Shown here one piece after another: positions 37,401 through 55,400 of a stretch of DNA of 64,000 nt. The position numbers were made by a program, and so were the translations under genes. How positions within the stretch are numbered: the stretch's first letter is position 1; each line of letters begins with the position of its first letter. A model generated the notes under the pieces. The model was not told the DNA's origin, made no database searches, and saw nothing but the letters and a program-made list of their open reading frames with translations. Source of the stretch: Eledone cirrhosa (taxonomy: Eukaryota); NCBI GenBank assembly GCA_964016885.1, contig OZ024742.1, positions 223,262,001 through 223,326,000 on the forward strand. The letters are read 5' to 3'.

Positions 37401-40400
37401 GTTACCTAGAGATATACTAACAACAGTAGTAATATAGACATTAGTTACTTAGGTATATACTAACAACAGTAGTAATATAGACATTAGGTACCTAGGTATA
37501 TACTAACAACAGTAGTAATATAGACATTAGTTACCTAGGTATATACTAACAACAGTAGTAATATAGACATTAGTTACCTAGAGATATACTAACAACAGTA
37601 GTAATATAGACATTAGGTACCTAGGTATATACTAACAACAGTAGTAATATAGACATTAGGTACCTAGGTATATACTAACAACAGTAGTAACATAGACATT
37701 AGTTACCTAGAGATATACTAACAACAGTAGTAATATAGATATTAGTTACCTAGGTATATACTAACAACACCAGTAATATAGACATTAGTTACCTAGGTAT
37801 ATACTAACAACAGTAGTAATATAGACATTAGTTACCTAGGTATATACTAACAACAGTAGTAATAGAGACATTAGATACCTAGAGATATACTAACAACAGT
37901 AGTAATATAGACATTAGTTACCTAGGTATATACTAACAACAGTAGTAATATAGACATTAGTTACCTAGGTATATACTAACAACAGTAGTAATATAGACAT
38001 TAGTTACCTAGAGATATACTAACAACAGTAGTAATATAGACATTAGTTACCTAGAGATATACTAACGACAGTAGTAATATAGACATTAGTTACCTAGGTA
38101 TATACTAACAACAGTAGTAATATAGACATTAGTTACCTAGAGATATACTAACAACAGTAGTAATATAGACATTAGTTACCTAGGTATATACTAACAACAG
38201 TAGTAATATAGACATTAGTTACCTAGGTATATACTAACAACAGTAGTAATATAGACATTAGTTACCTAGGTATATACTAACAACAATAGTAATATAGACA
38301 TTAGTTACCTAGGTATATACTAACAACAATAGTAATATAGACATTAGGTACCTAGAGATATACTAACAACAGTAGTAATATAGTCATTAGTTACCTAGGG
38401 ATATACTAACAACAGTAGTAATATAGACATTAGTTACGTAGGTATATACTAACAACAGTAGTAATATAGACATTAGTTACCTAGGTATATACTAACAACA
38501 GTAGTAATATAGTCCTTAGTTACCTAGGGATATACTAACAACAGTAGTAATATAGACATTAGTTACGTAGGTATATACTAACAACAATAGTAATATAGAC
38601 ATTAGTTACTTAGGTATATACTAACAACAGTAGTAATATAGACATTAGTTACCTAGGTATATACTAACAACAGTAGTAATATAGACATTAGTTACCTCGA
38701 GATGTACTAACAACAGTAGTAATGTAGACATTAGTTACCTAGGTATATACTAACAACAGTAGTAATATAAACATTAGTTACCTAGAGATGTACTAACAAC
38801 AGTAGTAATATAGACATTAGTTACCTAGGTATATACTAACAACACTAGTAATATAGACATTAGTTACCTAGGTATATACTAACAACAGCAGTAATATAGA
38901 CATTAGTTACCTAGAGATATACTAACAACAGTAGTAATATAGACATTAGTTACCTAGAGATATACTAACAACAGTAGTAATATAGACATTAGTTACCTAG
39001 GTATATACTAACAACAGTAGTAATATAGACATTAGTTACCTAGGTATATACTAACAACACTAGTAATATAGACATTAGTTACCTAGGTATATACTAACAA
39101 CAGTAGTAATATAGACATTAGTTACCTAGGTATATACTAACAACACTAGTAATATAGACATTAGTTACCTAGGGATATACTAACAACAGTAGTAATATAG
39201 ACATTAGTTACCTAGGTATATACTAACAACAGTAGTAATATAGACATTAGTTACCTAGGTATATACTAACAACAGTAGTAATATAGACATTAGTTACCTA
39301 GAGATATACTAACAACAGTAGTAATATAGACATTAGGTACCTAGAGATATACTAACAACAGTAGTAATATAAACATTAGTTACCTAGGTATATACTAACA
39401 ACAGTAGTAATATAGACATTAGTTACCTAGAGATATACTAACAACAGTAGTAATATAGACATTAGTTACCTAGAGATATACTAACAACAGTAGTAATATA
39501 GACATTAGTTACCTAGGTATATACTAACAACAGTAGTAATATAGACATTAGTTACCTAGAGGTATACTAACAACAGTAGTAATATAGACATTAGTTACCT
39601 AGAGATATACTAACAACAGTAGTAATATAGACATTAGTTACCTAGGTATATACTAACAACAATAGTAATATAGACATTAGTTACCTAGGTATATACTAAC
39701 AACAGTAGTAATATAGACATTAGTTACCTAGAGATATACTAACAACAGTAGTAATATAGACATTAGGTACCTAGGTATATACTAACAACAGTAGTAATAT
39801 AGACATTAGTTACCTAGGTATATACTAACAACAGTAGTAATATAGACATTAGTTACCTAGGTATATACTAACAACAGTAGTAATATAGACATTAGTTACC
39901 TAGAGATATACTAACAACAGTAGTAATATAGACATTAGTTACCTAGAGATATACTAACAACAGTAGTAATATAGACATAAGCTACCTAGGTATATACTAA
40001 CAACAGTAGTAATATAGACATTAGTTACCTAGAGATGTACTAACAACAGTAGTAATATAGACATTAGTTACCTAGGTATATACTAACAACAGTAGTAATA
40101 TAGACATTAGGTACCTAGTCATATACTAACAACAGTAGTAATATAGACATTAGTTACCTAGAGATGTACTAACAACAGTAGTAATATAGACATTAGTTAC
40201 CTAGAGATATACTAACAACACTAGTAATATACACATTAGTTACCTAGGTATATACTAACAACAGTAGTAATATAGACATCAGTTACCTAGAGATATACTA
40301 ACAACAGTAGTAATATAGACATTAGTTACTTAGGTATATACTAACAACAGTAGTAATATAGACATTAGTTACCTAGAGATGTACTAACAACAGTAGTAAT

Positions 40401-43400
40401 ATAGACATTAGGTACCTAGAGATATACTAACAACAGTAGTAATATAGACATTAGGTACCTAGGTATATACTAACAACAGTAGTAATATAGACATTAGTTA
40501 CCTAGGTATATACTAACAACAGTAGTAATATAGACATTAGGAACCTAATGTAATAACAACAGTAGTAACATAGACATTAGGTACCTAGAGATATCCTAAC
40601 AACAGTAGTAATATGGACATTAGTTACCTAGGTATATACTAACAACAGTAGTAATATAGACATTAGTTACCTAGGTATATACTAACAACAGTAGTAATAT
40701 AGACATTAGTTACCTAGGTATATACTAACAACAGTAGTAATATAGACATTAGTTACCTAGGTATATACTAACAACAGTAGTAATATAGACATTAGTTACC
40801 TAGGTATATACTAACAACAGTAGTAATATAGACATTAGGTACCTAGGTATATACTAACAACAGTATTAATATAGACATTAGTTACCTAGGTATATACTAA
40901 CAACAGTAGTAATAGAGACATTAGTTACCTAGGTATATACTAACAACAGTAGTAATATAGACATTAGTTACCTAGGTATATACTAACAACAGTAGTAATA
41001 TAGACATTAGTTACCTAGGTATATACTGACAACAGTAGTAATATAGACATTAGTTACCTAGGTATATACTAACAACAATAGTAATATAGACATTAGGTAC
41101 CTAGAGATATACTAACAACAGTAGTAATATAGACATTAGGTACCTAGAGATATACTAACAACAGTAGTAATATAGACATTAGTTACTTAGGTATATACTA
41201 ACAACAGTAGTAATATAGACATTAGTTACCTAGGTATATACAAACAACAATAGTAATATAGACATTAGGTACCTAGAGATATACTAACAACTGTAGTAAT
41301 ATAGACATTAGGTACCTAGAGATATACTAACAACAGTAGTAATATAGACATTAGTTACTTAGGTATATACTAACAACAGTAGTAATATAGACATTAGTTA
41401 CCTAGGTATATACTAACAACACTAGTAATATAGACATTAGTTACTTAGGTATATACTAACAACAGTAGTAATATAGACATTAGCTACCTAGAGATATACT
41501 AACAACAGTAGTAATATAGACATTAGTTACCTAGGTATATACTAACAACAGTAGTAATATAGACATTAGTTACCTAGAGATATACTAACAACAGTAGTAA
41601 TATAGACATTAGTTACCTAGGTATATACTAACAACAGTAGTAATATAGACATTAGGTACCTAGAGATATACTAACAACAGTAGTAATATAGACATTAGGT
41701 ACCTAGAGGTATACTAACAACAGTAGTAATATAGACATTAGTTACTTAGGTATATACTAACACCAGTAGTAATATAGACATTAGCTACCTAGAGATATAC
41801 TAACAACAGTAGTAATATAGACATTAGTTACCTAGGTATATACTAACAACAGTAGTAATATAGACATTAGTTACCTAGAGATATACTAACAACAGTAGTA
41901 ATATAGACATTAGGTACCTAGGTATATACTAACAACAGTAGTAATATAGACATTAGGTACCTAGGTATATACTAACAACAGTAGTAATATAGACATTAGT
42001 TACCTAGGTATATACTAACAACAGTAGTAATATAGACATTAGGTACCTAGGGATATACTAACAACAGTAGTAATATAGACATTAGTTACCTAGAGATATA
42101 CTAACAACAGTAGTAATATAGACATCAGTTACCTAGGTATATACTAACAACAGTAGTAATATAGACATTAGGTACCTAGGTATATACTAACAACAGTAGT
42201 AATATAGACATAAGTTACCTAGAGATATACTAACAACAGTAGTAATATAGACATCAGTTACCTAGGTATATACTAACAACAGTAGTAATATAGACATTAG
42301 TTACCTAGAGATATACTAACAACAGTAGTAATATAGACATCAGTTACCTAGGTATATACTAACAACAGTAGTAATATAGATATTAGGTACCTAGGTATAT
42401 ACTAACAACAGTAGTAATATAGACATAAGTTACCTAGAGATATACTAACAACAGTAGTAATATAGACATCAGTTACCTAGGTATATACTAACAACAGTAG
42501 TAATATAGACATTAGGTACCTAGGTATATACTAACAACAGTAGTAATATAGACATTAGTTACCTAGGTATATACTAACAACAGTAGTAATATAGACATTA
42601 GTTACCTAGAGATATACTAACGACAGTAGTAATATAGACATTAGTTACCTAGAGATATACTAACAACAGAAGTAATACAGACATCAGTTACCTAGGTATA
42701 TACTAACAACAGTAGTAATATAGAGATTAGGTACCTAGAGATATACTAACAACAGTAGTAATATAGACATTAGTTACCTAGAGATATACTAACAACAGTA
42801 GTAATATAGACATTAGTTACCTAGGTATATACTAACAACAGTAGTAATATAGACATTAGGTACCTAGAGATATACTAACAACAGTAGTAATATAGACATT
42901 AGGTACCTAGAGGTATACTAACAACAGTAGTAATATAGACATTAGTTACCTAGGTATATACTAACAACAGTAGTAATATAGACATTAGTTACCTAGAGAT
43001 ATACTAACAACAGTAGTAATATAGACATTAGTTACCTAGAGATATACTAACAACAGTAGTAATATAGACATTAGTTACCTAGGGATATACTAACAACAGT
43101 AGTAATATAGACATTAGTTACCTAGGTATATACTAACAACAGTAGTAATATAGACATTAGGTACCTAGGTATATACTAACAACAGTAGTAATATAGACAT
43201 TAGTTACATAGGTATATACTAACAACAGTAGTAATATAGACATTAGTTACCTAGAGATATACTAACAACAGTAGTAATATAGACATTAGTTACTTAGGTA
43301 TATACTAACAACAGTAGTAATATAGACATTAGGTACCTAGGTATATACTAACAACAGTAGTAATATAGACATTAGTTACCTAGGTATATACTAACAACAG

Positions 43401-46400
43401 TAGTAATATAGACATTAGTTACCTAGAGATATACTAACAACAGTAGTAATATAGACATTAGGTACCTAGGTATATACTAACAACAGTAGTAATATAGACA
43501 TTAGGTACCTAGGTATATACTAACAACAGTAGTAACATAGACATTAGTTACCTAGAGATATACTAACAACAGTAGTAATATAGATATTAGTTACCTAGGT
43601 ATATACTAACAACACCAGTAATATAGACATTAGTTACCTAGGTATATACTAACAACAGTAGTAATATCGACATTAGTTACCTAGGTATATACTAACAACA
43701 GTAGTAATAGAGACATTAGGTACCTAGAGATATACTAACAACAGTAGTAATATAGACATTAGTTACCTAGGTATATACTAACAACAGTAGTAATATAGAC
43801 ATTAGTTACCTAGGTATATACTAACAACAGTAGTAATATAGACATTAGTTACCTAGAGATATACTAACAACAGTAGTAATATAGACATTAGTTACCTAGA
43901 GATATACTAACGACAGTAGTAATATAGACATTAGTTACCTAGGTATATACTAACAACAGTAGTAATATAGACATTAGTTACCTAGAGATATACTAACAAC
44001 AGTAGTAATATAGACATTAGTTACCTAGGTATATACTAACAACAGTAGTAATATAGACATTAGTTACCTAGGTATATACTAACAACAGTAGTAATATAGA
44101 CATTAGTTACCTAGGTATATACTAACAACAATAGTAATATAGACATTAGTTACCTAGGTATATACTAACAACAATAGTAATATAGACATTAGGTACCTAG
44201 AGATATACTAACAACAGTAGTAATATAGTCATTAGTTACCTAGGGATATACTAACAACAGTAGTAATATAGACATTAGTTACGTAGGTATATACTAACAA
44301 CAGTAGTAATATAGACATTAGTTACCTAGGTATATACTAACAACAGTAGTAATATAGTCCTTAGTTACCTAGGGATATACTAACAACAGTAGTAATATAG
44401 ACATTAGTTACGTAGGTATATACTAACAACAATAGTAATATAGACATTAGTTACTTAGGTATATACTAACAACAGTAGTAATATAGACATTAGTTACCTA
44501 GGTATATACTAACAACAGTAGTAATATAGACATTAGTTACCTCGAGATGTACTAACAACAGTAGTAATGTAGACATTAGTTACCTAGGTATATACTAACA
44601 ACAGTAGTAATATAAACATTAGTTACCTAGAGATGTACTAACAACAGTAGTAATATAGACATTAGTTACCTAGGTATATACTAACAACACTAGTAATATA
44701 GACATTAGTTACCTAGGTATATACTAACAACAGCAGTAATATAGACATTAGTTACCTAGAGATATACTAACAACAGTAGTAATATAGACATTAGTTACCT
44801 AGAGATATACTAACAACAGTAGTAATATAGACATTAGTTACCTAGGTATATACTAACAACAGTAGTAATATAGACATTAGTTACCTAGGTATATACTAAC
44901 AACACTAGTAATATAGACATTAGTTACCTAGGTATATACTAACAACAGTAGTAATATAGACATTAGTTACCTAGGTATATACTAACAACACTAGTAATAT
45001 AGACATTAGTTACCTAGGGATATACTAACAACAGTAGTAATATAGACATTAGTTACCTAGGTATATACTAACAACAGTAGTAATATAGACATTAGTTACC
45101 TAGGTATATACTAACAACAGTAGTAATATAGACATTAGTTACCTAGAGATATACTAACAACAGTAGTAATATAGACATTAGGTACCTAGAGATATACTAA
45201 CAACAGTAGTAATATAAACATTAGTTACCTAGGTATATACTAACAACAGTAGTAATATAGACATTAGTTACCTAGAGATATACTAACAACAGTAGTAATA
45301 TAGACATTAGTTACCTAGAGATATACTAACAACAGTAGTAATATAGACATTAGTTACCTAGGTATATACTAACAACAGTAGTAATATAGACATTAGTTAC
45401 CTAGAGGTATACTAACAACAGTAGTAATATAGACATTAGTTACCTAGAGATATACTAACAACAGTAGTAATATAGACATTAGTTACCTAGGTATATACTA
45501 ACAACAATAGTAATATAGACATTAGTTACCTAGGTATATACTAACAACAGTAGTAATATAGACATTAGTTACCTAGAGATATACTAACAACAGTAGTAAT
45601 ATAGACATTAGGTACCTAGGTATATACTAACAACAGTAGTAATATAGACATTAGTTACCTAGGTATATACTAACAACAGTAGTAATATAGACATTAGTTA
45701 CCTAGGTATATACTAACAACAGTAGTAATATAGACATTAGTTACCTAGAGATATACTAACAACAGTAGTAATATAGACATTAGTTACCTAGAGATATACT
45801 AACAACAGTAGTAATATAGACATAAGCTACCTAGGTATATACTAACAACAGTAGTAATATAGACATTAGTTACCTAGAGATGTACTAACAACAGTAGTAA
45901 TATAGACATTAGTTACCTAGGTATATACTAACAACAGTAGTAATATAGACATTAGGTACCTAGTCATATACTAACAACAGTAGTAATATAGACATTAGTT
46001 ACCTAGAGATATACTAACAACACTAGTAATATACACATTAGTTACCTAGGTATATACTAACAACAGTAGTAATATAGACATCAGTTACCTAGAGATATAC
46101 TAACAACAGTAGTAATATAGACATTAGTTACTTAGGTATATACTAACAACAGTAGTAATATAGACATTAGTTACCTAGAGATGTACTAACAACAGTAGTA
46201 ATATAGACATTAGGTACCTAGAGATATACTAACAACAGTAGTAATATAGACATTAGGTACCTAGGTATATACTAACAACAGTAGTAATATAGACATTAGT
46301 TACCTAGGTATATACTAACAACAGTAGTAATATAGACATTAGGAACCTAATGTAATAACAACAGTAGTAACATAGACATTAGGTACCTAGAGATATCCTA

Positions 46401-49400
46401 ACAACAGTAGTAATATGGACATTAGTTACCTAGGTATATACTAACAACAGTAGTAATATAGACATTAGTTACCTAGGTATATACTAACAACAGTAGTAAT
46501 ATAGACATTAGTTACCTAGGTATATACTAACAACAGTAGTAATATAGACATTAGTTACCTAGGTATATACTAACAACAGTAGTAATATAGACATTAGTTA
46601 CCTAGGTATATACTAACAACAGTAGTAATATAGACATTAGGTACCTAGGTATATACTAACAACAGTATTAATATAGACATTAGTTACCTAGGTATATACT
46701 AACAACAGTAGTAATAGAGACATTAGTTACCTAGGTATATACTAACAACAGTAGTAATATAGACATTAGTTACCTAGGTATATACTAACAACAGTAGTAA
46801 TATAGACATTAGTTACCTAGGTATATACTAACAACAGTAGTAATATAGACATTAGTTACCTAGGTATATACTAACAACAATAGTAATATAGACATTAGGT
46901 ACCTAGAGATATACTAACAACAGTAGTAATATAGACATTAGGTACCTAGAGATATACTAACAACAGTAGTAATATAGACATTAGTTACTTAGGTATATAC
47001 TAACAACAGTAGTAATATAGACATTAGTTACCTAGGTATATACTAACAACAATAGTAATATAGACATTAGGTACCTAGAGATATACTAACAACTGTAGTA
47101 ATATAGACATTAGGTACCTAGAGATATACTAACAACAGTAGTAATATAGACATTAGTTACTTAGGTATATACTAACAACAGTAGTAATATAGACATTAGT
47201 TACCTAGGTATATACTAACAACACTAGTAATATAGACATTAGTTACTTAGGTATATACTAACAACAGTAGTAATATAGACATTAGCTACCTAGAGATATA
47301 CTAACAACAGTAGTAATATAGACATTAGTTACCTAGGTATATACTAACAACAGTAGTAATATAGACATTAGTTACCTAGAGATATACTAACAACAGTAGT
47401 AATATAGACATTAGTTACCTAGGTATATACTAACAACAGTAGTAATATAGACATTAGGTACCTAGAGATATACTAACAACAGTAGTAATATAGACATTAG
47501 GTACCTAGAGGTATACTAACAACAGTAGTAATATAGACATTAGTTACTTAGGTATATACTAACACCAGTAGTAATATAGACATTAGCTACCTAGAGATAT
47601 ACTAACAACAGTAGTAATATAGACATTAGTTACCTAGGTATATACTAACAACAGTAGTAATATAGACATTAGTTACCTAGAGATATACTAACAACAGTAG
47701 TAATATAGACATTAGGTACCTAGGTATATACTAACAACAGTAGTAATATAGACATTAGGTACCTAGGTATATACTAACAACAGTAGTAATATAGACATTA
47801 GTTACCTAGGTATATACTAACAACAGTAGTAATATAGACATTAGGTACCTAGGGATATACTAACAACAGTAGTAATATAGACATTAGTTACCTAGAGATA
47901 TACTAACAACAGTAGTAATATAGACATTAGTTACCTAGGTATATACTAACAACACTAGTAATATAGACATTAGTTACCTAGAGATATACTAACAACAGTA
48001 GTAATATAGACATTAGTTACCTAGGTATATACTAACAACAGTAGTAATATAGACATTAGTTACCTAGAGATATACTAACAACAGTAGTAATATAGACATT
48101 AGTTACCTAGAGATATACTAACAACAGTAGTAATATAGACATTAGTTACCTAGGTATATACTAACAACAGTAGTAATATAGACATTAGTTACCTAGGTAT
48201 ATACTAACAACAGTAGTAATATAGACATTAGTTACCTAGGTATATAATAACAACAGTAGTAATATAGACATTAGTTACCTAGGTATATACTAACAACAGT
48301 AGTAATATAGACATTAGGTACCTAGAGATATACTAACAACAGTAGTAATATAGACATTAGGTACCTAGAGATATACTAACAACAGTAGTAATATAGACAT
48401 TAGGTACCTAGAGATATACTAACAACAGTAGTAATATAGACATTAGTTACCTAGGTATATACTAACAACAGTAGTAATATAGACATTAGTTACCTAGAGA
48501 TATACTAACAACAGTAGTAATATAGACATCAGTTACCTAGGTATATACTAACAACAGTAGTAATATAGACATTAGGTACCTAGAGATATACTAACAACAG
48601 TAGTAATATAGACATTAGTTACCTAGAGATATACTAACAACAGTAGTAATATAGACATTAGGTACCTAGGTATATACTAACAACAGTAGTAATATAGACA
48701 TTAGTTACCTAGGTATATACTAACAACAGTAGTAATATAGACATTAGTTACCTAGGTATATACTAACAACAGTAGTAATATAGACATTAGTTACCTAGAG
48801 ATATACTAACAACAGTAGTAATATAGACATTAGTTACCTAGAGATATACTAACAACAGTAGTAATATAGACATAAGCTACCTAGGTATATACTAACAACA
48901 GTAGTAATATAGACATTAGTTACCTAGAGATGTACTAACAACAGTAGTAATATAGACATTAGTTACCTAGGTATATACTAACAACAGTAGTAATATAGAC
49001 ATTAGGTACCTAGTCATATACTAACAACAGTAGTAATATAGACATTAGTTACCTAGGTATATACTAACAACAGTAGTAATATAGACATTAGTTACCTAGA
49101 GATGTACTAACAACAGTAGTAATATAGACATTAGGTACCTAGAGATATACTAACAACAGTAGTAATATAGACATTAGTTACCTAGAGATATACTAACAAC
49201 AGTAGTAATATAGACATTAGTTACCTAGAGATATACTAACAACAGTAGTAATATAGACATTAGGTACCTAGAGATATACTAGCAACAGTAGTAATATAGA
49301 CATTAGTTACCTAGAGGTATACTAACAACAGTAGTAATATAGACATTAGTTACCTAGGTATATACTAACAACAGTAGTAATATAGACATTAGGTACCTAG

Positions 49401-52400
49401 AGATATACTAACAACAGTAGTAATATAGACATTAGGTACCTAGAGATATACTAACAACAGTAGTAATATAGACATTAGTTACCTAGAGATATGCTAACAA
49501 CAGTAGTAATATAGACATTAGTTACCTAGAGATGTACTAACAACAGTAGTAATATAGACATTAGTTACCTAGGTATATACTAACAACAGTAGTAATATAG
49601 ACATTAGTTACCTAGAGATATACTAACAACAGTAGTAATATAGACATCAGTTACCTAGGTATATACTAACAACAGTAGTAATATAGACATTAGTTACCTA
49701 GAGATATACTAACAACAGTAGTAATATAGACATTAGTTACCTAGAGATATACTAACAACAGTAGTAATATAGACATTAGGTACCTAGGTATATACTAACA
49801 ACAATAGTAATATAGACATTAGGTACCTAGGTACATACTAACAACAGTAGTAATATAGACATTAGGTACCTAGGGATATACTAACAACAGTAGTAATATA
49901 GACATTAGTTACCTAGAGATGTACTAACAACAGTAGTAATATAGACATTAGTTACCTAGAGATATACTAACAACACTAGTAATATACACATTAGTTACCT
50001 AGGTATATACTAACAACAGTAGTAATATAGACATCAGTTACCTAGAGATATACTAACAACAGTAGTAATATAGACATTAGTTACTTAGGTATATACTAAC
50101 AACAGTAGTAATATAGACATTAGTTACCTAGAGATGTACTAACAACAGTAGTAATATAGACATTAGGTACCTAGAGATATACTAACAACAGTAGTAATAT
50201 AGACATTAGGTACCTAGGTATATACTAACAACAGTAGTAATATAGACATTAGTTACCTAGGTATATACTAACAACAGTAGTAATATAGACATTAGGAACC
50301 TAATGTACTAACAACAGTAGTAACATAGACATTAGGTACCTAGAGATATCCTAACAACAGTAGTAATATGGACATTAGTTACCTAGGTATATACTAACAA
50401 CAGTAGTAATATAGACATTAGTTACCTAGGTATATACTAACAACAGTAGTAATATAGACATTAGTTACCTAGGTATATACTAACAACAGTAGTAATATAG
50501 ACATTAGTTACCTAGGTATATACTAACAACAGTAGTAATATAGACATTAGTTACCTAGGTATATACTAACAACAGTAGTAATATAGACATTAGGTACCTA
50601 GGTATATACTAACAACAGTATTAATATAGACATTAGTTACCTAGGTATATACTAACAACAGTAGTAATAGAGACATTAGTTACCTAGGTATATACTAACA
50701 ACAGTAGTAATATAGACATTAGTTACCTAGGTATATACTAACAACAGTAGTAATATAGACATTAGTTACCTAGGTATATACTAACAACAGTAGTAATATA
50801 GACATTAGTTACCTAGGTATATACTAACAACAATAGTAATATAGACATTAGGTACCTAGAGATATACTAACAACAGTAGTAATATAGACATTAGGTACCT
50901 AGAGATATACTAACAACAGTAGTAATATAGACATTAGTTACTTAGGTATATACTAACAACAGTAGTAATATAGACATTAGTTACTTAGGTATATACTAAC
51001 AACAGTAGTAATATAGACATTAGTTACCTAGGTATATACTAACAACAATAGTAATATAGACATTAGGTACCTAGAGATATACTAACAACTGTAGTAATAT
51101 AGACATTAGGTACCTAGAGATATACTAACAACAGTAGTAATATAGACATTAGTTACTTAGGTATATACTAACAACAGTAGTAATATAGACATTAGTTACC
51201 TAGGTATATACTAACAACACTAGTAATATAGACATTAGTTACTTAGGTATATACTAACAACAGTAGTAATATAGACATTAGCTACCTAGAGATATACTAA
51301 CAACAGTAGTAATATAGACATTAGTTACCTAGGTATATACTAACAACAGTAGTAATATAGACATTAGTTACCTAGAGATATACTAACAACAGTAGTAATA
51401 TAGACATTAGTTACCTAGGTATATACTAACAACAGTAGTAATATAGACATTAGGTACCTAGAGATATACTAACAACAGTAGTAATATAGACATTAGGTAC
51501 CTAGAGGTATACTAACAACAGTAGTAATATAGACATTAGTTACTTAGGTATATACTAACACCAGTAGTAATATAGACATTAGCTACCTAGAGATATACTA
51601 ACAACAGTAGTAATATAGACATTAGTTACCTAGGTATATACTAACAACAGTAGTAATATAGACATTAGTTACCTAGAGATATACTAACAACAGTAGTAAT
51701 ATAGACATTAGGTACCTAGGTATATACTAACAACAGTAGTAATATAGACATTAGGTACCTAGGTATATACTAACAACAGTAGTAATATAGACATTAGTTA
51801 CCTAGGTATATACTAACAACAGTAGTAATATAGACATTAGGTACCTAGGGATATACTAACAACAGTAGTAATATAGACATTAGTTACCTAGAGATATACT
51901 AACAACAGTAGTAATATAGACATTAGTTACCTAGGTATATACTAACAACACTAGTAATATAGACATTAGTTACCTAGGTATATACTAACAACAGTAGTAA
52001 TATAGACATTAGTTACCTAGGTATATACTAACAACAGTAGTAATATAGACATTAGTTACCTAGGTATATACTAACAACAATAGTAATATAGACATTAGTT
52101 ACCTAGGTATATACTAACAACAATAGTAATATAGACATTAGGTACCTAGAGATATACTAACAACAGTAGTAATATAGTCATTAGTTACCTAGGGATATAC
52201 TAACAACAGTAGTAATATAGACATTAGTTACGTAGGTATATACTAACAACAGTAGTAATATAGACATTAGTTACCTAGGTATATACTAACAACAGTAGTA
52301 ATATAGTCCTTAGTTACCTAGGGATATACTAACAACAGTAGTAATATAGACATTAGTTACGTAGGTATATACTAACAACAATAGTAATATAGACATTAGT

Positions 52401-55400
52401 TACTTAGGTATATACTAACAACAGTAGTAATATAGACATTAGTTACCTAGGTATATACTAACAACAGTAGTAATATAGACATTAGTTACCTCGAGATGTA
52501 CTAACAACAGTAGTAATGTAGACATTAGTTACCTAGGTATATACTAACAACAGTAGTAATATAAACATTAGTTACCTAGAGATGTACTAACAACAGTAGT
52601 AATATAGACATTAGTTACCTAGGTATATACTAACAACACTAGTAATATAGACATTAGTTACCTAGGTATATACTAACAACAGCAGTAATATAGACATTAG
52701 TTACCTAGAGATATACTAACAACAGTAGTAATATAGACATTAGTTACCTAGAGATATACTAACAACAGTAGTAATATAGACATTAGTTACCTAGGTATAT
52801 ACTAACAACAGTAGTAATATAGACATTAGTTACCTAGGTATATACTAACAACACTAGTAATATAGACATTAGTTACCTAGGTATATACTAACAACAGTAG
52901 TAATATAGACATTAGTTACCTAGGTATATACTAACAACACTAGTAATATAGACATTAGTTACCTAGGGATATACTAACAACAGTAGTAATATAGACATTA
53001 GTTACCTAGGTATATACTAACAACAGTAGTAATATAGACATTAGTTACCTAGGTATATACTAACAACAGTAGTAATATAGACATTAGTTACCTAGAGATA
53101 TACTAACAACAGTAGTAATATAGACATTAGGTACCTAGAGATATACTAACAACAGTAGTAATATAAACATTAGTTACCTAGGTATATACTAACAACAGTA
53201 GTAATATAGACATTAGTTACCTAGAGATATACTAACAACAGTAGTAATATAGACATTAGTTACCTAGAGATATACTAACAACAGTAGTAATATAGACATT
53301 AGTTACCTAGGTATATACTAACAACAGTAGTAATATAGACATTAGTTACCTAGAGGTATACTAACAACAGTAGTAATATAGACATTAGTTACCTAGAGAT
53401 ATACTAACAACAGTAGTAATATAGACATTAGTTACCTAGGTATATACTAACAACAATAGTAATATAGACATTAGTTACCTAGGTATATACTAACAACAGT
53501 AGTAATATAGACATTAGTTACCTAGAGATATACTAACAACAGTAGTAATATAGACATTAGGTACCTAGGTATATACTAACAACAGTAGTAATATAGACAT
53601 TAGTTACCTAGGTATATACTAACAACAGTAGTAATATAGACATTAGTTACCTAGGTATATACTAACAACAGTAGTAATATAGACATTAGTTACCTAGAGA
53701 TATACTAACAACAGTAGTAATATAGACATTAGTTACCTAGAGATATACTAACAACAGTAGTAATATAGACATAAGCTACCTAGGTATATACTAACAATAG
53801 TAGTAATATAGACATTAGTTACCTAGAGATGTACTAACAACAGTAGTAATATAGACATTAGTTACCTAGGTATATACTAACAACAGTAGTAATATAGACA
53901 TTAGGTACCTAGTCATATACTAACAACAGTAGTAATATAGACAATAGTTACCTAGAGATGTACTAACAACAGTAGTAATATAGACATTAGTTACCTAGAG
54001 ATATACTAACAACACTAGTAATATACACATTAGTTACCTAGGTATATACTAACAACAGTAGTAATATAGACATCAGTTACCTAGAGATATACTAACAACA
54101 GTAGTAATATAGACATTAGTTACTTAGGTATATACTAACAACAGTAGTAATATAGACATTAGTTACCTAGAGATGTACTAACAACAGTAGTAATATAGAC
54201 ATTAGGTACCTAGAGATATACTAACAACAGTAGTAATATAGACATTAGGTACCTAGGTATATACTAACAACAGTAGTAATATAGACATTAGTTACCTAGG
54301 TATATACTAACAACAGTAGTAATATAGACATTAGGAACCTAATGTACTAACAACAGTAGTAACATAGACATTAGGTACCTAGAGATATCCTAACAACAGT
54401 AGTAATATGGACATTAGTTACCTAGGTATATACTAACAACAGTAGTAATATAGACATTAGTTACCTAGGTATATACTAACAACAGTAGTAATATAGACAT
54501 TAGTTACCTAGGTATATACTAACAACAGTAGTAATATAGACATTAGTTACCTAGGTATATACTAACAACAGTAGTAATATAGACATTAGTTACCTAGGTA
54601 TATACTAACAACAGTAGTAATATAGACATTAGGTACCTAGGTATATACTAACAACAGTATTAATATAGACATTAGTTACCTAGGTATATACTAACAACAG
54701 TAGTAATAGAGACATTAGTTACCTAGGTATATACTAACAACAGTAGTAATATAGACATTAGTTACCTAGGTATATACTAACAACAGTAGTAATATAGACA
54801 TTAGTTACCTAGGTATATACTAACAACAGTAGTAATATAGACATTAGTTACCTAGGTATATACTAACAACAATAGTAATATAGACATTAGGTACCTAGAG
54901 ATATACTAACAACAGTAGTAATATAGACATTAGGTACCTAGAGATATACTAACAACAGTAGTAATATAGACATTAGTTACTTAGGTATATACTAACAACA
55001 GTAGTAATATAGACATTAGTTACTTAGGTATATACTAACAACAGTAGTAATATAGACATTAGTTACCTAGGTATATACTAACAACAATAGTAATATAGAC
55101 ATTAGGTACCTAGAGATATACTAACAACTGTAGTAATATAGACATTAGGTACCTAGAGATATACTAACAACAGTAGTAATATAGACATTAGTTACTTAGG
55201 TATATACTAACAACAGTAGTAATATAGACATTAGTTACCTAGGTATATACTAACAACACTAGTAATATAGACATTAGTTACTTAGGTATATACTAACAAC
55301 AGTAGTAATATAGACATTAGCTACCTAGAGATATACTAACAACAGTAGTAATATAGACATTAGTTACCTAGGTATATACTAACAACAGTAGTAATATAGA